In this document: positions 17,993-29,141 of the stretch, piece after piece
How positions within the stretch are numbered: position 1 is the first letter of the stretch
Layout: each line of letters opens with the position of its first letter
Sequence record: SRR31156797_403
Direction: 5' to 3' (one strand)
DNA length: 64,000 nucleotides
Program-made: the position numbers and the translations under genes
The notes under the pieces: model-generated
What the model saw: the letters and a program-made list of their open reading frames with translations, nothing else
Told to the model about the DNA's origin: nothing
Databases searched by the model: none

Positions 17993-20900
17993 ATGAAACA
18001 TACATCTTCATTATTATTCGCAATAGTTTTACATCTTTTTTGCTACTCACAGAACGGTTCAAGCGAACTTGTGGGTGATCGCATCATGGCTTTTTATCCC
18101 GAGAATTTTATTCCATCTCAAACATTGCCATCATTTGCTTTGCAACAGGAGCCCGATTCGATTGGTGAAATACCCGAAGATTGGGAAATTATCCCTGAAT
18201 TTGATAATTCAGGAAGTGCAACTCACGCACTAATCAACTATCCCGTAAATGTGGATCTCTACGGAACCGGTGAAGTTGTTGGGCCATTGCGAAGAAATGG
18301 AACGGAGGTGGAAATGTGGAACACCGATAGTTATGGATATAACAATTCAACCCACCTGTACCAGTCACATCCCTGGATCATGGGATTACGTGATGATGGC
18401 AGCTGTTTTGGTATTCTGGTTGACCATACCTGGAGGCAGCGGTTTGTATTAAATAATCCCATCGAAATTATTTCGGAAGGACCTCCATTCAGGATATTTG
18501 TTATCGAGCGAAACACACCTCAGGAGATGATGCAGGCTCTGGGCGAACTTACTGGCACCATTTCATTACCTCCTATCTGGGCATTGGGTTACCACCAGTG
18601 CAGGTATTCTTACTATCCTGATTCAAGGGTTATGGAAATTGCAGATACCTTCAGGGATTTAAAAATTCCCTGCGATGTCATCTGGATGGATATCGATTAT
18701 ATGGATGGTTTCAGGGTTTTTACTTTTAATACTGTGGGTTTTCCCGATCCTGAGGGCCTGAATGATTACCTTCATCAACAGGACTTTAAATCCATCTGGA
18801 TGATTGATCCCGGTGTAAAAAATGAAACAGGTTATTTTGTGTATGATTCAGGCGATGAAAATGATGTTTGGGTTCAGGATGCAAGTGGCGGAACATATAC
18901 CGGGGATGTGTGGCCCGGCGAATGTGTTTTTCCTGATTATACCATGCCCGAAACGCAAGCCTGGTGGGGCGGGCTTTATCAGGATTTTATGGATACCGGG
19001 GCAGATGGTGTATGGAATGATATGAATGAACCGGCAGTGTTTAATACCCCGGAATGGACCATGCCGGAGGATAATATCCATAGGGGAGGAGGTGGTCTGC
19101 CGGAGGATGTTCATTTGCGGTACCACAATGTTTATGGTTATCTTATGGTTAGGTCTTCCCGCCAAGGTATTATGGAGGCAAACCCCGGAAAACGGCCATT
19201 TGTACTAACACGTGCCAACCACCTTGGGGGTCATCGCTATGCTGCAACCTGGACGGGTGATAACCGATCCACCTTTGACCATCTTCAGTTATCCATCCCG
19301 ATGTCGCTGACCTTGGGATTATCCGGGCAACCATTTTCGGGCCCGGACATTGGTGGTTTTGGCGGGAGTTGCACTGCTGAACTATTAGGCCAGTGGATGG
19401 CGGTTGGTGCATTTTACCCTTTTTGCAGGAACCACACCTCTACAGGCACCGCTGATCAGGAACCCTGGGCTTTCGGGAAAACGATCGAGGAAGTATCAAG
19501 AACAGCGCTCAACCGGCGCTACAGGTTGTTGCCCTATCTGTACACACTTTTTTGGGAGGCTTCGCAAATGGGCATGCCCGTAATGCGGCCCCTGTTTTTT
19601 GCCGATCCTGCTAACTTATCCTTGCGCGAAGAAGAGGAAGCTTTTTTGCTGGGTGACAATTTGATGATTGTTCCGGCATGGGCAGAGAATAATGCAATTC
19701 CAGACGGCAACTGGCGGGAATTTCGTTTCGAGGAAGAACCAGATCAGAAAGATGGTTACCAGGCTGATATGCGGATGCGTGAAGGTAGTATTATCCCTGT
19801 AGCCCAACCGATGCAAAGCACCGACGGTTTTCACCAGGATTCGATTACAGTGTTAATTAGTCCTGATTCAATAAATACAGCCAACGGATATTTGTATACC
19901 GATGCCGGGGATGGCTGGGAATACCAGGCTGATGATTATCTCATTACTGCGTTTAGTGCTCAACCTGCTGGTGAGGATTCGTTGCTTGTGTCTGTTGAAA
20001 ATACTGAAGGTAGTTATGAAATTCCAGGACGTGTATTCAGGGTCGGTGTACTGGCCAATTACAATGTATTTTATAGCAGTTGGACTTCAGATACGGCAAT
20101 TACCGTTTTCTTGCCTTCGGATGTTTATGTGGACCTGATCAGGCCGGAGGACGGAGATAACTTCCGGGAAGGTGAGGATATATTTATTCAAGCACAGGTG
20201 GAATCAGAACAGGATATCCAGTATGTAAGCTTTAATATTGATGGGGAACCGATTGCCCAATTATCCGAGCCGCCATATGAAATTTTCTGGAATGATGTAC
20301 CTGCCGGCGTTTATGTGCTTACCGCCGAAGTGGTTATCGACAATGATTTGTCTGTAATTTCTGATGCAGCCACTGTTTTTGTGGGCTCGTTTGGTACAGG
20401 CCAGATCCTTCACCAGGTTTGGAATAACATTCCGGGTTACCAAATTTCTGATCTTGTAACCATACCCGAATTTCCAGCTGATCCTGACGAGAATAATTAT
20501 TTGACCAGCTTTATCACCCCAATTGATGTGGACGACACATACGGAGCCCGGGTTATTGGATATATCCATCCGCCAAAGGACGGAGATTACAGGTTTTGGA
20601 TTGCCGGTGACGACTACTGCGAATTGTGGCTTAGCACCGATTCATCATTTGCAAACCGCCAGCTAATTGCTGAAGTGCCGGGTTGGAGCTATCCGGATGA
20701 ATTTAATAAATATGCTGAACAACAATCAGGGATGTTTACCCTTGAAACGGGAGAGAAGTATTGCATCGTGGCACTCCAAAAAGAGGACCAGGGTGGAGAT
20801 TTTGTTGAAGTGGCATGGGAAATCCCCGGAGAAAGCAGGACCGTAATTGATGGGTTATTTCTCTCACCTTACGATTTGGATGCCGCAGCAATTAACGACC

Positions 20901-21142
20901 TGTCTGATAAAAGAATCCGATTATTTCCAAATCCGGCAAAAGACCATGTTTCCATAACCGTGAGCGATGCTATCGACAAGATCGATGTGTTCAATCTGAA
21001 AGGCTTCAAAATACAGGTGCTCAATGTAGCAGGCTCATCTTCTGAAATTGGGCTCAATACAACCGGTTGGGACAGGGGGATTTATTTCATACAATTTTCA
21101 GGACAGAAATCGATCCAGGTTTTAAAGCTGGTGGTGAACTAA
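17993..21142 (+). CDS. Secreted GH31 alpha-glucosidase-like enzyme with Ig-like, PA14 and T9SS domains
   Basis: WMDIDYM, nucleophile WNDMNEP, acid/base WTGDN, GPDIGGF; PA14 (YRFWIAGDDYCELWLS); CTD LFPNPAK...GIYFI...KLVVN. Confidence 0.9.
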   Translation: MKHTSSLLFAIVLHLFCYSQNGSSELVGDRIMAFYPENFIPSQTLPSFALQQEPDSIGEIPEDWEIIPEFDNSGSATHALINYPVNVDLYGTGEVVGPLRRNGTEVEMWNTDSYGYNNSTHLYQSHPWIMGLRDDGSCFGILVDHTWRQRFVLNNPIEIISEGPPFRIFVIERNTPQEMMQALGELTGTISLPPIWALGYHQCRYSYYPDSRVMEIADTFRDLKIPCDVIWMDIDYMDGFRVFTFNTVGFPDPEGLNDYLHQQDFKSIWMIDPGVKNETGYFVYDSGDENDVWVQDASGGTYTGDVWPGECVFPDYTMPETQAWWGGLYQDFMDTGADGVWNDMNEPAVFNTPEWTMPEDNIHRGGGGLPEDVHLRYHNVYGYLMVRSSRQGIMEANPGKRPFVLTRANHLGGHRYAATWTGDNRSTFDHLQLSIPMSLTLGLSGQPFSGPDIGGFGGSCTAELLGQWMAVGAFYPFCRNHTSTGTADQEPWAFGKTIEEVSRTALNRRYRLLPYLYTLFWEASQMGMPVMRPLFFADPANLSLREEEEAFLLGDNLMIVPAWAENNAIPDGNWREFRFEEEPDQKDGYQADMRMREGSIIPVAQPMQSTDGFHQDSITVLISPDSINTANGYLYTDAGDGWEYQADDYLITAFSAQPAGEDSLLVSVENTEGSYEIPGRVFRVGVLANYNVFYSSWTSDTAITVFLPSDVYVDLIRPEDGDNFREGEDIFIQAQVESEQDIQYVSFNIDGEPIAQLSEPPYEIFWNDVPAGVYVLTAEVVIDNDLSVISDAATVFVGSFGTGQILHQVWNNIPGYQISDLVTIPEFPADPDENNYLTSFITPIDVDDTYGARVIGYIHPPKDGDYRFWIAGDDYCELWLSTDSSFANRQLIAEVPGWSYPDEFNKYAEQQSGMFTLETGEKYCIVALQKEDQGGDFVEVAWEIPGESRTVIDGLFLSPYDLDAAAINDLSDKRIRLFPNPAKDHVSITVSDAIDKIDVFNLKGFKIQVLNVAGSSSEIGLNTTGWDRGIYFIQFSGQKSIQVLKLVVN

Positions 21143-21271
21143 AAGCTGTTGCTCATGATCCGGTATTCTGATTGCTTCTGGATCAGCGAATTCACGAATT
21201 TTTTGATCTTTTTACAGTACGAAAGGTAAAAACCAGTAATTTTAGGCATGATTTGCAAACAAAAAGCTGCA

Positions 21272-22876
21272 ATGCGGGCATTCAGTATTTTCATCCTTTT
21301 ATTTTTAAACATTACATTATTACACAGTAATCCTAAGATTGACAGTGTGCTGCACGAGTTGGATCTGGTGCTTGATCAAAAAGAAGATTATTTCAACCAG
21401 AAATACGAAACCATCGAAAAGTTAAAATTGCAGCTGTCTTCGCTTGGCAAGGATCACAATGAACGGGAATTTACACTCTATCATGAGCTTTTTAATGAAT
21501 ATGGTTCATTTATCTATGATTCTGCCTTTCATTACGCAATTAAAATGCACCAGCTTGCCTTTAAAATCTCTGACCGGGATTTAATCAACGTTTCCCGGAT
21601 GAAGATGAGTTTTGTTCTGTTATCATCAGGGATGTTCCATGAGGCGCTGGATACCATCAGAAGTATAAACCCGGAAAATCTGGATGATAAGATGAAAGTT
21701 GAATACTTCGACCTGATGGGCAGGGCTTTTTACGATATGGCTGAATATACAAACGATAGTTTTTTCACTCCCATTTATAAGCATAAAGGAAATCAATCTA
21801 CCAGAGAGGCGATAAAGTATACTGATCCCGGAAATTATCAGCACTGGGCTTCGAAAGCCCTGTTGAACCTGAAAAGCAACCGGCTCGACAGCGCGCTGCA
21901 TTACTATCAGAAAGTACTCGATGATTTCGATGTTTCACTCCATCAAAAAGCCATGCTTTATGCAAGTATGGCAAACTGTAGCCTAATTTCAGGTGATACT
22001 TTAAGTGCCATAAACTACCTGGCAAATTCGGCAATAAACGATATAAAATCAGTGGTTACCGAAACCATTGCCTTGCGGAATCTGGCCAATGTGCTTTATC
22101 ATCTTGGGTTTATTAAAGGTGCCCATAAATACATCGTTTTGGCAAATAATGATGCCCGTTTTTATGGTGCCCGGCAACGTTCGTTTCAGATTTCAGGCGT
22201 GTTGCCGATAATCGAAGGTGAAAAACTGGAACTGATTGAAGAACAAAAAAAGCAACTTGAGCTTTATGTCATTTTCCTCGCAATACTTACCGGTCTCATT
22301 GTATTTTCGCTCATCGTGATTTTTAAACAGTTAACACGACTGAAAAAGGCCAGGGCTATCATCCTGGAAACAAACAATAATCTACAGTTGCTGAACGAAA
22401 ACCTGAAGGAAGCCAATAAAATTAAGGAAGAATATATTGCCTACTATTTCAATATCAGTACAAACTATGTTGACAAGCTCGAATACCTTAAGGAAACGAT
22501 CTCACGTAACCTCGACAATAAAAGGTACAGCAATATCAGTCATTCGCTGCAAAAGTTGGTGATCAAAAAAGAAAGGGAACAGTTGTTCCAGAATTTTGAC
22601 AAGATTTTCCTGAGTATTTTCCCTGATTTTGTTGAAGGCTTTAATGCGCTGTTTGAAGAAGAAGATCAGGTTCAACTCACCGACCAGGGTGCCATGAACA
22701 CTGATCTACGTATTTTTGCACTAATCAGGATGGGTATTAATGAAAACGAAAAAATAGCCCGTATTCTCAACTTTTCAATCAATACAATTTATTCTTATAA
22801 AAACCGCATTAAAAAACGGTCAAAAGTTCCGAATAACGCTTTTGAGGATCGGGTTATGGCGATAAAATCCGTGTAA
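21272..22876 (+). CDS. SusR-like membrane-anchored transcriptional regulator (DUF6377)
   Basis: Periplasmic TPR-like region, one TM helix, EANKIKEEYI, LRIFALIRMGI...IARILNFSINTIYSYKNRIK HTH. Confidence 0.88.
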   Translation: MRAFSIFILLFLNITLLHSNPKIDSVLHELDLVLDQKEDYFNQKYETIEKLKLQLSSLGKDHNEREFTLYHELFNEYGSFIYDSAFHYAIKMHQLAFKISDRDLINVSRMKMSFVLLSSGMFHEALDTIRSINPENLDDKMKVEYFDLMGRAFYDMAEYTNDSFFTPIYKHKGNQSTREAIKYTDPGNYQHWASKALLNLKSNRLDSALHYYQKVLDDFDVSLHQKAMLYASMANCSLISGDTLSAINYLANSAINDIKSVVTETIALRNLANVLYHLGFIKGAHKYIVLANNDARFYGARQRSFQISGVLPIIEGEKLELIEEQKKQLELYVIFLAILTGLIVFSLIVIFKQLTRLKKARAIILETNNNLQLLNENLKEANKIKEEYIAYYFNISTNYVDKLEYLKETISRNLDNKRYSNISHSLQKLVIKKEREQLFQNFDKIFLSIFPDFVEGFNALFEEEDQVQLTDQGAMNTDLRIFALIRMGINENEKIARILNFSINTIYSYKNRIKKRSKVPNNAFEDRVMAIKSV

Positions 22877-23044
22877 TAGGTTTCGCTTCCGGAATTTTTT
22901 TTGTGTTGAAAATCTAACCTTACTTTACGTCCGCCTGCTTCCCTTGCGTGTTTGATCCCTGTTTTAAAACACTTGTTAAAGTGAGGCTGCCCCTGGGATG
23001 TTAAATATTTGATTTCATCTTCTCCTACATGTTGCGCCGTGAGT

Positions 23045-23389
23045 TTATTTCTCGAAAGTTGTTCCGTTCCAGCCCCACATATTCCTCGTGGCATCAGAAA
23101 ACTCGATGTAGATACGGCTGACAGGAACTCCTGTTTCGTTGGAAAGAAAATCCGATAGCTTTGCTGAAATTTCTTTTGTTAGGTTTCCTGGTAGCCCTAT
23201 GCTTTTTAACTCACAAAAGATAGCCGGTTCGTTGGTACCGCCAAATATCATATTTGCGGTTTCTTCGAGGGCTACCATAACGTACTTCTCTGGCTTTCCG
23301 AGGATATCGGCTACGAGTTTGGAAGCTTTGCTGATGAGTTGATTTGCGTGAAGCAGTTCCTCGGTGGTTTGTATTTTTAAGTATGGCAT
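23045..23389 (-). CDS. MIF / phenylpyruvate tautomerase family protein
   Basis: Catalytic Pro after the initiator Met, GKPEKYVMV, LKSIG, RIYIEF, WGWNGTTF. Confidence 0.9.
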   Translation of the reverse strand: MPYLKIQTTEELLHANQLISKASKLVADILGKPEKYVMVALEETANMIFGGTNEPAIFCELKSIGLPGNLTKEISAKLSDFLSNETGVPVSRIYIEFSDATRNMWGWNGTTFEK

Positions 23390-23505
23390 ATTGATTAAGG
23401 TTTGCTTATTTAAAAAAAAGTAGTAATAAAAGTTAATGTAAATCGGGATTGAATTATTGTCTGGTTACTCAGATTTTAAGCTATATATTGTTGTCATAAA
23501 ATGGA

Positions 23506-25548
23506 TCAGGATACACCAATGGGCAGTGTGAAATAGAAACTACTTCCCTTATTTTCGGTGCTTGTTACCCATATCTTACCTTTATTCCTTTCGATAAATT
23601 CCTTACATAATATCAGGCCCAACCCGGTTCCTTTTTCTTTTTTTGTTCCAGGGCGTTGTGTCTTTTCGTGGAGCTTAAATAAGTTATGCCGGAATTGTTC
23701 ATCCATCCCTATACCATCATCTTTCACCTGAACTTCAAGCATTTTGTTTACTTTTTTTGAAGTGATTTTGACAAGGCCATTTGTATGGGAAAACTTGATG
23801 GCATTGGTCAAAAGGTTCCTCAGGACAGTTCTGAGCATATCCGGATCGGCAAAAGCAATATGCTTCGGGTTTATGTTCATGTCAAGCCTGATGCTTTTTT
23901 GTCTAGCCATTTCATTGTGCTGAAATACCAGTTCGTTGCAAATCTCACAAAGTTGTATGTTTTTTGGCCTGAATTCGATGGTGCCCCTTTGCGACCTTGA
24001 CCATTCCAGCAGGTTCTCGAGCAGGATAAAGGTGTTGGAAGAAGATTCAAGCGTTTTGCCGATAAACTCTTTTAATTCTTCTTTTGAAAACTCTTCGAAC
24101 TCTTCGTAAATTAAGGTAAGAAAACCCTGAATCACGTTGAATGGGCTTTTGAGATCGTGTGCAATAATCGAAAAGAACCTGTCCTTGGTGGCATTGGCGT
24201 CCCTGAGTTCCCTGGTCTGTTTTTGTACTTCCTTTTCCAGGTTATTCTTTAGTTGCCTCAGTTCAGTATTTACCTGCTTGGTTTGGGTTATATCTATGAC
24301 CATACCTACCAGTCCGGCTATTTCACCCTTTGTGTTTTTAAAAACAGCTTTGTGAAAAATCACATCACGGGATTCATTTTTGCTGTTTATAACCTTTGAT
24401 TCGTAAACCTGTTTACCTCCTTTGCTTAAGAGTTCCTGATCTTTGGTTTGGTAAGCAACGGTATATGCATTATCGGTTCCAAACGCCTCCTGAATGGTTT
24501 TCCCGATAATTTCATCCGGCCTCTTGTTAATATACTGATAAAAAGCCTGATTTGCCCCCAGGTAAACTCCGTTTGAATCTTTATAAAAAATTGGTGCCGG
24601 CATGGTATTGATCAGGGTCTGTAAAAAGAGGTTTTTTTCTTTGATTTGATTCTCAGCTTCCTTCCGTTCGGAGATGTCCCTTATGATGCCAACTGCCTGG
24701 TATGTATTGGTTGATAATTTGAGTGTTGAAAGGGAAATTTCAATGGGTATGATCGATCCATTTTTGTGTTGTGCATTGATTTCTACAGTTTGCCCGATAT
24801 TTTTCCCCCGTCCAGTTTTTAGAAATTCTGCAACACCTTTTTTTGCATCTTCCTGGAATTTTGCGGGTGCAATAAAAGTATGGGCATCTTTACCCATAAT
24901 TTCATTTTCACGATATCCAAATATTTGTTCTGCAGCGGGGTTCCAAAAGGCAACCTTTCCGCTACTGTCCATTTTTACAATGGCATCTTTGGCTGAAAAG
25001 GATATCAGTCTGAAATTCTCCTCACTATCGGCGAGGCTTTTTTCGATACTTTTCCGGGTTTCTATTTCCTCACGCAACTTTCGGTTTGTGTCTATTAATT
25101 CCCGTGTTCTTTTTTCTACTTCCTGCTCCAGTATCATCTGGTGGTTTTTCAAAACCTTTTCTGCTTCTTTTCGCTCCAGGGCATACCTTATTGCTCTTGG
25201 TAAGGATGCCGGGTCCAGGTCGCCTTTGATCAGGTAGTCGTGAGCGCCTATTTTCATCGCTTCAACACCAAGTTGTTCGTTAGCATCTCCTGTAAGAACA
25301 ACAATGGTACATTCGGTATTCAGATCGATGACAGTGTTTAGTGTGCTTATTCCGTTGGAGTCGGGCAAGCCCAGATCGAGCAGTATGGAGTCAACCGGAT
25401 TATTTTTGATTTGCTCGATGCCTTCCTGAAGGGTTTGTTTCCAGGCAAGATTAAAATTGAGATTGCTGTTTTTTAATGTTTCCTTGATCAATATAAAATC
25501 GCCTGGGTTGTCTTCGATAACCAGAATATTTATTTTTTGGGCTTTCAT
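23506..25548 (-). CDS. Hybrid histidine kinase REC-PAS-PAS-HisKA-HATPase
   Basis: IEDNPGD...LLDLGLPD; two PAS/PAC; AHDLKSPF; NLLTNAIKF; GTGLGL; start ATG 25548. Confidence 0.92.
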   Translation of the reverse strand: MKAQKINILVIEDNPGDFILIKETLKNSNLNFNLAWKQTLQEGIEQIKNNPVDSILLDLGLPDSNGISTLNTVIDLNTECTIVVLTGDANEQLGVEAMKIGAHDYLIKGDLDPASLPRAIRYALERKEAEKVLKNHQMILEQEVEKRTRELIDTNRKLREEIETRKSIEKSLADSEENFRLISFSAKDAIVKMDSSGKVAFWNPAAEQIFGYRENEIMGKDAHTFIAPAKFQEDAKKGVAEFLKTGRGKNIGQTVEINAQHKNGSIIPIEISLSTLKLSTNTYQAVGIIRDISERKEAENQIKEKNLFLQTLINTMPAPIFYKDSNGVYLGANQAFYQYINKRPDEIIGKTIQEAFGTDNAYTVAYQTKDQELLSKGGKQVYESKVINSKNESRDVIFHKAVFKNTKGEIAGLVGMVIDITQTKQVNTELRQLKNNLEKEVQKQTRELRDANATKDRFFSIIAHDLKSPFNVIQGFLTLIYEEFEEFSKEELKEFIGKTLESSSNTFILLENLLEWSRSQRGTIEFRPKNIQLCEICNELVFQHNEMARQKSIRLDMNINPKHIAFADPDMLRTVLRNLLTNAIKFSHTNGLVKITSKKVNKMLEVQVKDDGIGMDEQFRHNLFKLHEKTQRPGTKKEKGTGLGLILCKEFIERNKGKIWVTSTENKGSSFYFTLPIGVS

Positions 25549-25550
25549 GG

Positions 25551-28400
25551 TCAGCAAAATTTTAACAGGGCTGCTTCCAGTTTCCTTTTGGTTACAGGTT
25601 TTACGAGATATGCGTCGCAACCGGCGTCAAAAGCTTTTACACGTTCAGTTTGCTCAGAAAATGCAGTTTGCACGATAATGGGTACATTGTGATCGGTTTC
25701 ACGTATTTTCCGGATGGCATCAAAACCACTCATTTCTGGCAGTTGAAGGTCCATAAGAATGATGTCGATGTTATTTTGCTTTTGCATATCCACGGCCTCT
25801 TTTCCTGTGACGGCCCGAGAAATTTCGGCTCCTTTTTTGCGTAGAAGTATTTCGAGGAATTCAAAACTTGAATCGTTATCTTCAACAATCAGGAGACGTT
25901 TACCATCAATTTTCCCACCTTCGGGCTGGGGTTCCTCAATTTTGAGTAACGGAGGTTTTATCTCTTCCTGTGTAGCTGTAGCTACAGGCAAAGTAAGGTA
26001 AAATGTTGATCCTTTGCCAAGGCCTGATTCCACCCTGATTGAACCATGGAGATGTTCGGTGAGTTTTTTGGTTATGGCCAGGCCAAGACCGGTTCCGCTG
26101 AATGGGCGTACACGTAATTCATCAACCTGCCTGAAGCGTTCGAAAATGGTGGACTGATGTTCTTTGGAAATGCCAATACCTGTGTCGCGGACAAATATTT
26201 CAACCTGGTTATCATCTTTGTATGTATACCCAACTGTAATTTCACCGGATGATGTAAACCTGAATGCGTTCATGATCAGGTTATCCATTACTTGATTAAA
26301 ACGCAGAAAATCAATTTTAAATGATTTGTTGTTTTCACCTTCTGGTTCAACTAGTTTAAAGTCGATTTTGGTTGCGGTACTGATTACCTCGTCCTTGTAT
26401 TTCCAGGAATCAAATATCTGGTTTATGGTATCCTCCACCATGCGGGGTTCGGGATGTATTTTAAGCTCACCTGCCTCAATCATGGCCATTTCAATAATGT
26501 CGTTGATCAGGCGCAAAAGCAGGTCGGTATTTTTAATGATAACCTTTTTAAATTCCCTGGTTTCATCAAGTCCAATGCCTTCTTCACCCAGCATTTGCGA
26601 AAAACCAACAATGGCATTTAGTGGAGTCCTGATTTCATGTGACATGTTTGCCAGGAATGCCGACTTCAGTTTATCTGACATTTCAGCCTGTTCTTTGGAT
26701 CTTACCAGTTCATCCGTGCTTCTCAATTTTTCGATGGCCAGTGAATACAGCCTTGAAAGCCGGAGTACATTTTCCAGGTCTTCCTTGGTATATGGATTTT
26801 CAGAATTGGCTAGTGCTATTTGGCCGGCCAGTTCACCCTGTATCATCACTGGTACCGATAAAAAGTTATACAATTGAATATGGCCTTTTGGAGTGCCGCC
26901 AGATGACTCATGATTATTGGGTTGGTTGGTATAAAAGGGTTTGAGCGTGTTTAAAGCATGTCCCCACAATTTTGGATACCTTCCTCTGTCCTTCGAAAAT
27001 CTTATATTTTTATCTTCAACTTCACAACCCTTTGCAATCATTTCGGTGAATGTATGCAATACCAGGTCGCCATTTTCAGGATCAATAGTTCCGGCGTAGC
27101 CGTGTGCCGATCCCGTGAAGGATTTGGTAAAGTCCAGTACAAGTGTTGAGATATCATGAATTGAAATCCCGGGTTCAAGTAGCTGTTGGGAAAGTCCTGA
27201 CATGGCTTCATTGATAGACAACTCATCGCGAAGTTGTTCCATCGTGTTCTTTTTATCGGTTATGTCCATCATGATCCCGATTATTCCATTCACCTGACCT
27301 TTGCGATTTGTGATCACATTTTTATAGAATATCACGTTGCGCTCATCACCGGAAGCAAACCTTATCGTATGCTCAAAAACCTGCCTTTGTTTTGTTTTAA
27401 GCAACGCTCTGTCCATTTCATCCAGAAATTTGGCAACCTCGCCTTGCATCAATTGTGGAAGTGTTTTCCCGAGAATTTCATTTTCGTTAAAACCGATAAA
27501 TTTCTCGTATTCCTTGTTACAGCCGGTGTAACGCAGTTTTTTATCTTTGGCGTAAACCGGGCTGGGGATGTTATCCATCAGTTTCTTAAGAAAGATCAGG
27601 CTTTCCTTAACCTGCTCATGCGCTACTTTTTCCTGGGTAATATCCTGCACATAACCTTCAACAATAATATCGTCAACCAAATCCTCATTGGTTACCCGCA
27701 TGTGCATCAAAGCCGTAAAATTAGAACCGTCTTTTTTAATGAACTGTATTTCCTTGTGTGTATATTTAATTTTTTTGTTTTTAAAGTCGTCAAAAATCTG
27801 TTCCCTGCTTTCAGGGTTAATATACAGTTGGCTGGGAATATCCTTTACCTTATCCAGAATTTCTTCCGGTGAATCGTAACCAAACATGCTGGCAAACGAT
27901 TGGTTTACTTCCAGTAATTTTCCGGATGCTGAGCTGCGGTATATACCAAGTGAGGAATATTCGAACATTCGCCGGAACCGAACTTCACTGTCAACAACAC
28001 GCCTCAGGAGTTTTTTGCGTTCGATGGAATGTGTTATGGTTTTTTCGATCAGTTGGCTGTTGATACCTGATTTAAAGAGATAATCGTCAGCACCCATTTT
28101 AATGGCTTCTATCCCCAGTTCCCTGTTATCCAAACCTGTGATAACGATAATTGGACAGGGCGGATTTATATCAATGATATGTTCAAGGGTTTTTAGTTGA
28201 TTGCTGTCAGGAAGGTTGAGATCGGTAAATACAATTGAAAATTGATTGCTGTGGAGTTTTTCACTGGCTTCCCCAAGCGACCTTGCAACATTGAGTTCAA
28301 AATTTTGGTGAGGAATTTCCTCAAGGTACTCAGAAAATAGCCTGCTGTCGCCAGGGTTATCTTCAATAAGCAGAATGTTAGTTTTGTCGAATTGCTTCAT
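25551..28400 (-). CDS. Hybrid histidine kinase REC-PAS-PAS-GAF-HisKA-HATPase-REC
   Basis: N-terminal REC (TDLNLPD), two [27 protein letters not shown]-terminal REC (LMDLQLP). Confidence 0.92.
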   Translation of the reverse strand: MKQFDKTNILLIEDNPGDSRLFSEYLEEIPHQNFELNVARSLGEASEKLHSNQFSIVFTDLNLPDSNQLKTLEHIIDINPPCPIIVITGLDNRELGIEAIKMGADDYLFKSGINSQLIEKTITHSIERKKLLRRVVDSEVRFRRMFEYSSLGIYRSSASGKLLEVNQSFASMFGYDSPEEILDKVKDIPSQLYINPESREQIFDDFKNKKIKYTHKEIQFIKKDGSNFTALMHMRVTNEDLVDDIIVEGYVQDITQEKVAHEQVKESLIFLKKLMDNIPSPVYAKDKKLRYTGCNKEYEKFIGFNENEILGKTLPQLMQGEVAKFLDEMDRALLKTKQRQVFEHTIRFASGDERNVIFYKNVITNRKGQVNGIIGIMMDITDKKNTMEQLRDELSINEAMSGLSQQLLEPGISIHDISTLVLDFTKSFTGSAHGYAGTIDPENGDLVLHTFTEMIAKGCEVEDKNIRFSKDRGRYPKLWGHALNTLKPFYTNQPNNHESSGGTPKGHIQLYNFLSVPVMIQGELAGQIALANSENPYTKEDLENVLRLSRLYSLAIEKLRSTDELVRSKEQAEMSDKLKSAFLANMSHEIRTPLNAIVGFSQMLGEEGIGLDETREFKKVIIKNTDLLLRLINDIIEMAMIEAGELKIHPEPRMVEDTINQIFDSWKYKDEVISTATKIDFKLVEPEGENNKSFKIDFLRFNQVMDNLIMNAFRFTSSGEITVGYTYKDDNQVEIFVRDTGIGISKEHQSTIFERFRQVDELRVRPFSGTGLGLAITKKLTEHLHGSIRVESGLGKGSTFYLTLPVATATQEEIKPPLLKIEEPQPEGGKIDGKRLLIVEDNDSSFEFLEILLRKKGAEISRAVTGKEAVDMQKQNNIDIILMDLQLPEMSGFDAIRKIRETDHNVPIIVQTAFSEQTERVKAFDAGCDAYLVKPVTKRKLEAALLKFC

Positions 28401-28435
28401 TTGCAACTGTTCCTTTAAAAAAATGCCAGCTATCT

Positions 28436-28888
28436 TTATTTGATTACTACAGCAGAGGGTAGTTTTACGGTAGTTACCCAGAAATTCTGAATCTGTTTTA
28501 TCACTTCCATAAAGTTATTGAAATCAATGGGTTTTGTAATATAGCAGTTGGCGTAGTTATCGTATGAGTACTGAATATCGTTGTCGTTTTCGGAGGTGCT
28601 CAACACAATTACCGGAATAGATTTTAATGCAGGTGATGATTTTATTTCTTCAAGCACTTCCCGGCCATCTTTCCGGGGAAGGTTTAAATCGAGTAGAATC
28701 AGGTCGGGTGTTGGGGCCTGCTCAAACTTCCCCTTTTTTACCAAAAAATTCATAGCCATTTCACCATCAGTAGCTAAGGATAAGTTATGTGAAATTTTAA
28801 ATGCAGCGAATGCTTCCCTGGTAAGTCTGATATCTCCGGGGTTGTCCTCTACAAGTAAAATTTCTATATCATGTTTTATCTTTTTCAT
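28436..28888 (-). CDS. Single-domain response regulator, Rcp1-like
   Basis: LVEDNPGD...[19 protein letters not shown]...[11 protein letters not shown]. Confidence 0.92.
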   Translation of the reverse strand: MKKIKHDIEILLVEDNPGDIRLTREAFAAFKISHNLSLATDGEMAMNFLVKKGKFEQAPTPDLILLDLNLPRKDGREVLEEIKSSPALKSIPVIVLSTSENDNDIQYSYDNYANCYITKPIDFNNFMEVIKQIQNFWVTTVKLPSAVVIK

Positions 28889-29141
28889 TTGCTCATCTGG
28901 TTATCAATTAGTAAAAATATATAAATATTGGGTTTGAACAAATTATTTGAGATAAAACACAGCATTGTGCTGATCGTCTTGAACTGAAAATCTGAACTGG
29001 TATCTCTTGTCTGGTTCATCTGCAGCCGTGACTTTTACAGGAAATTTCCAGAAAAAAATATTGCATTCAAGGAACTTATTCAAATATTCACTTAGAATCT
29101 GCCGGTTTTGTTTACTAATCGGAACTTCAATTTTTTGGACA

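Noticed and set aside
22795-23094. 99-aa minus-strand ORF spanning the gap between the SusR-like and MIF genes
   Set aside because: Overlaps both neighbours, has no credible start and no recognisable family
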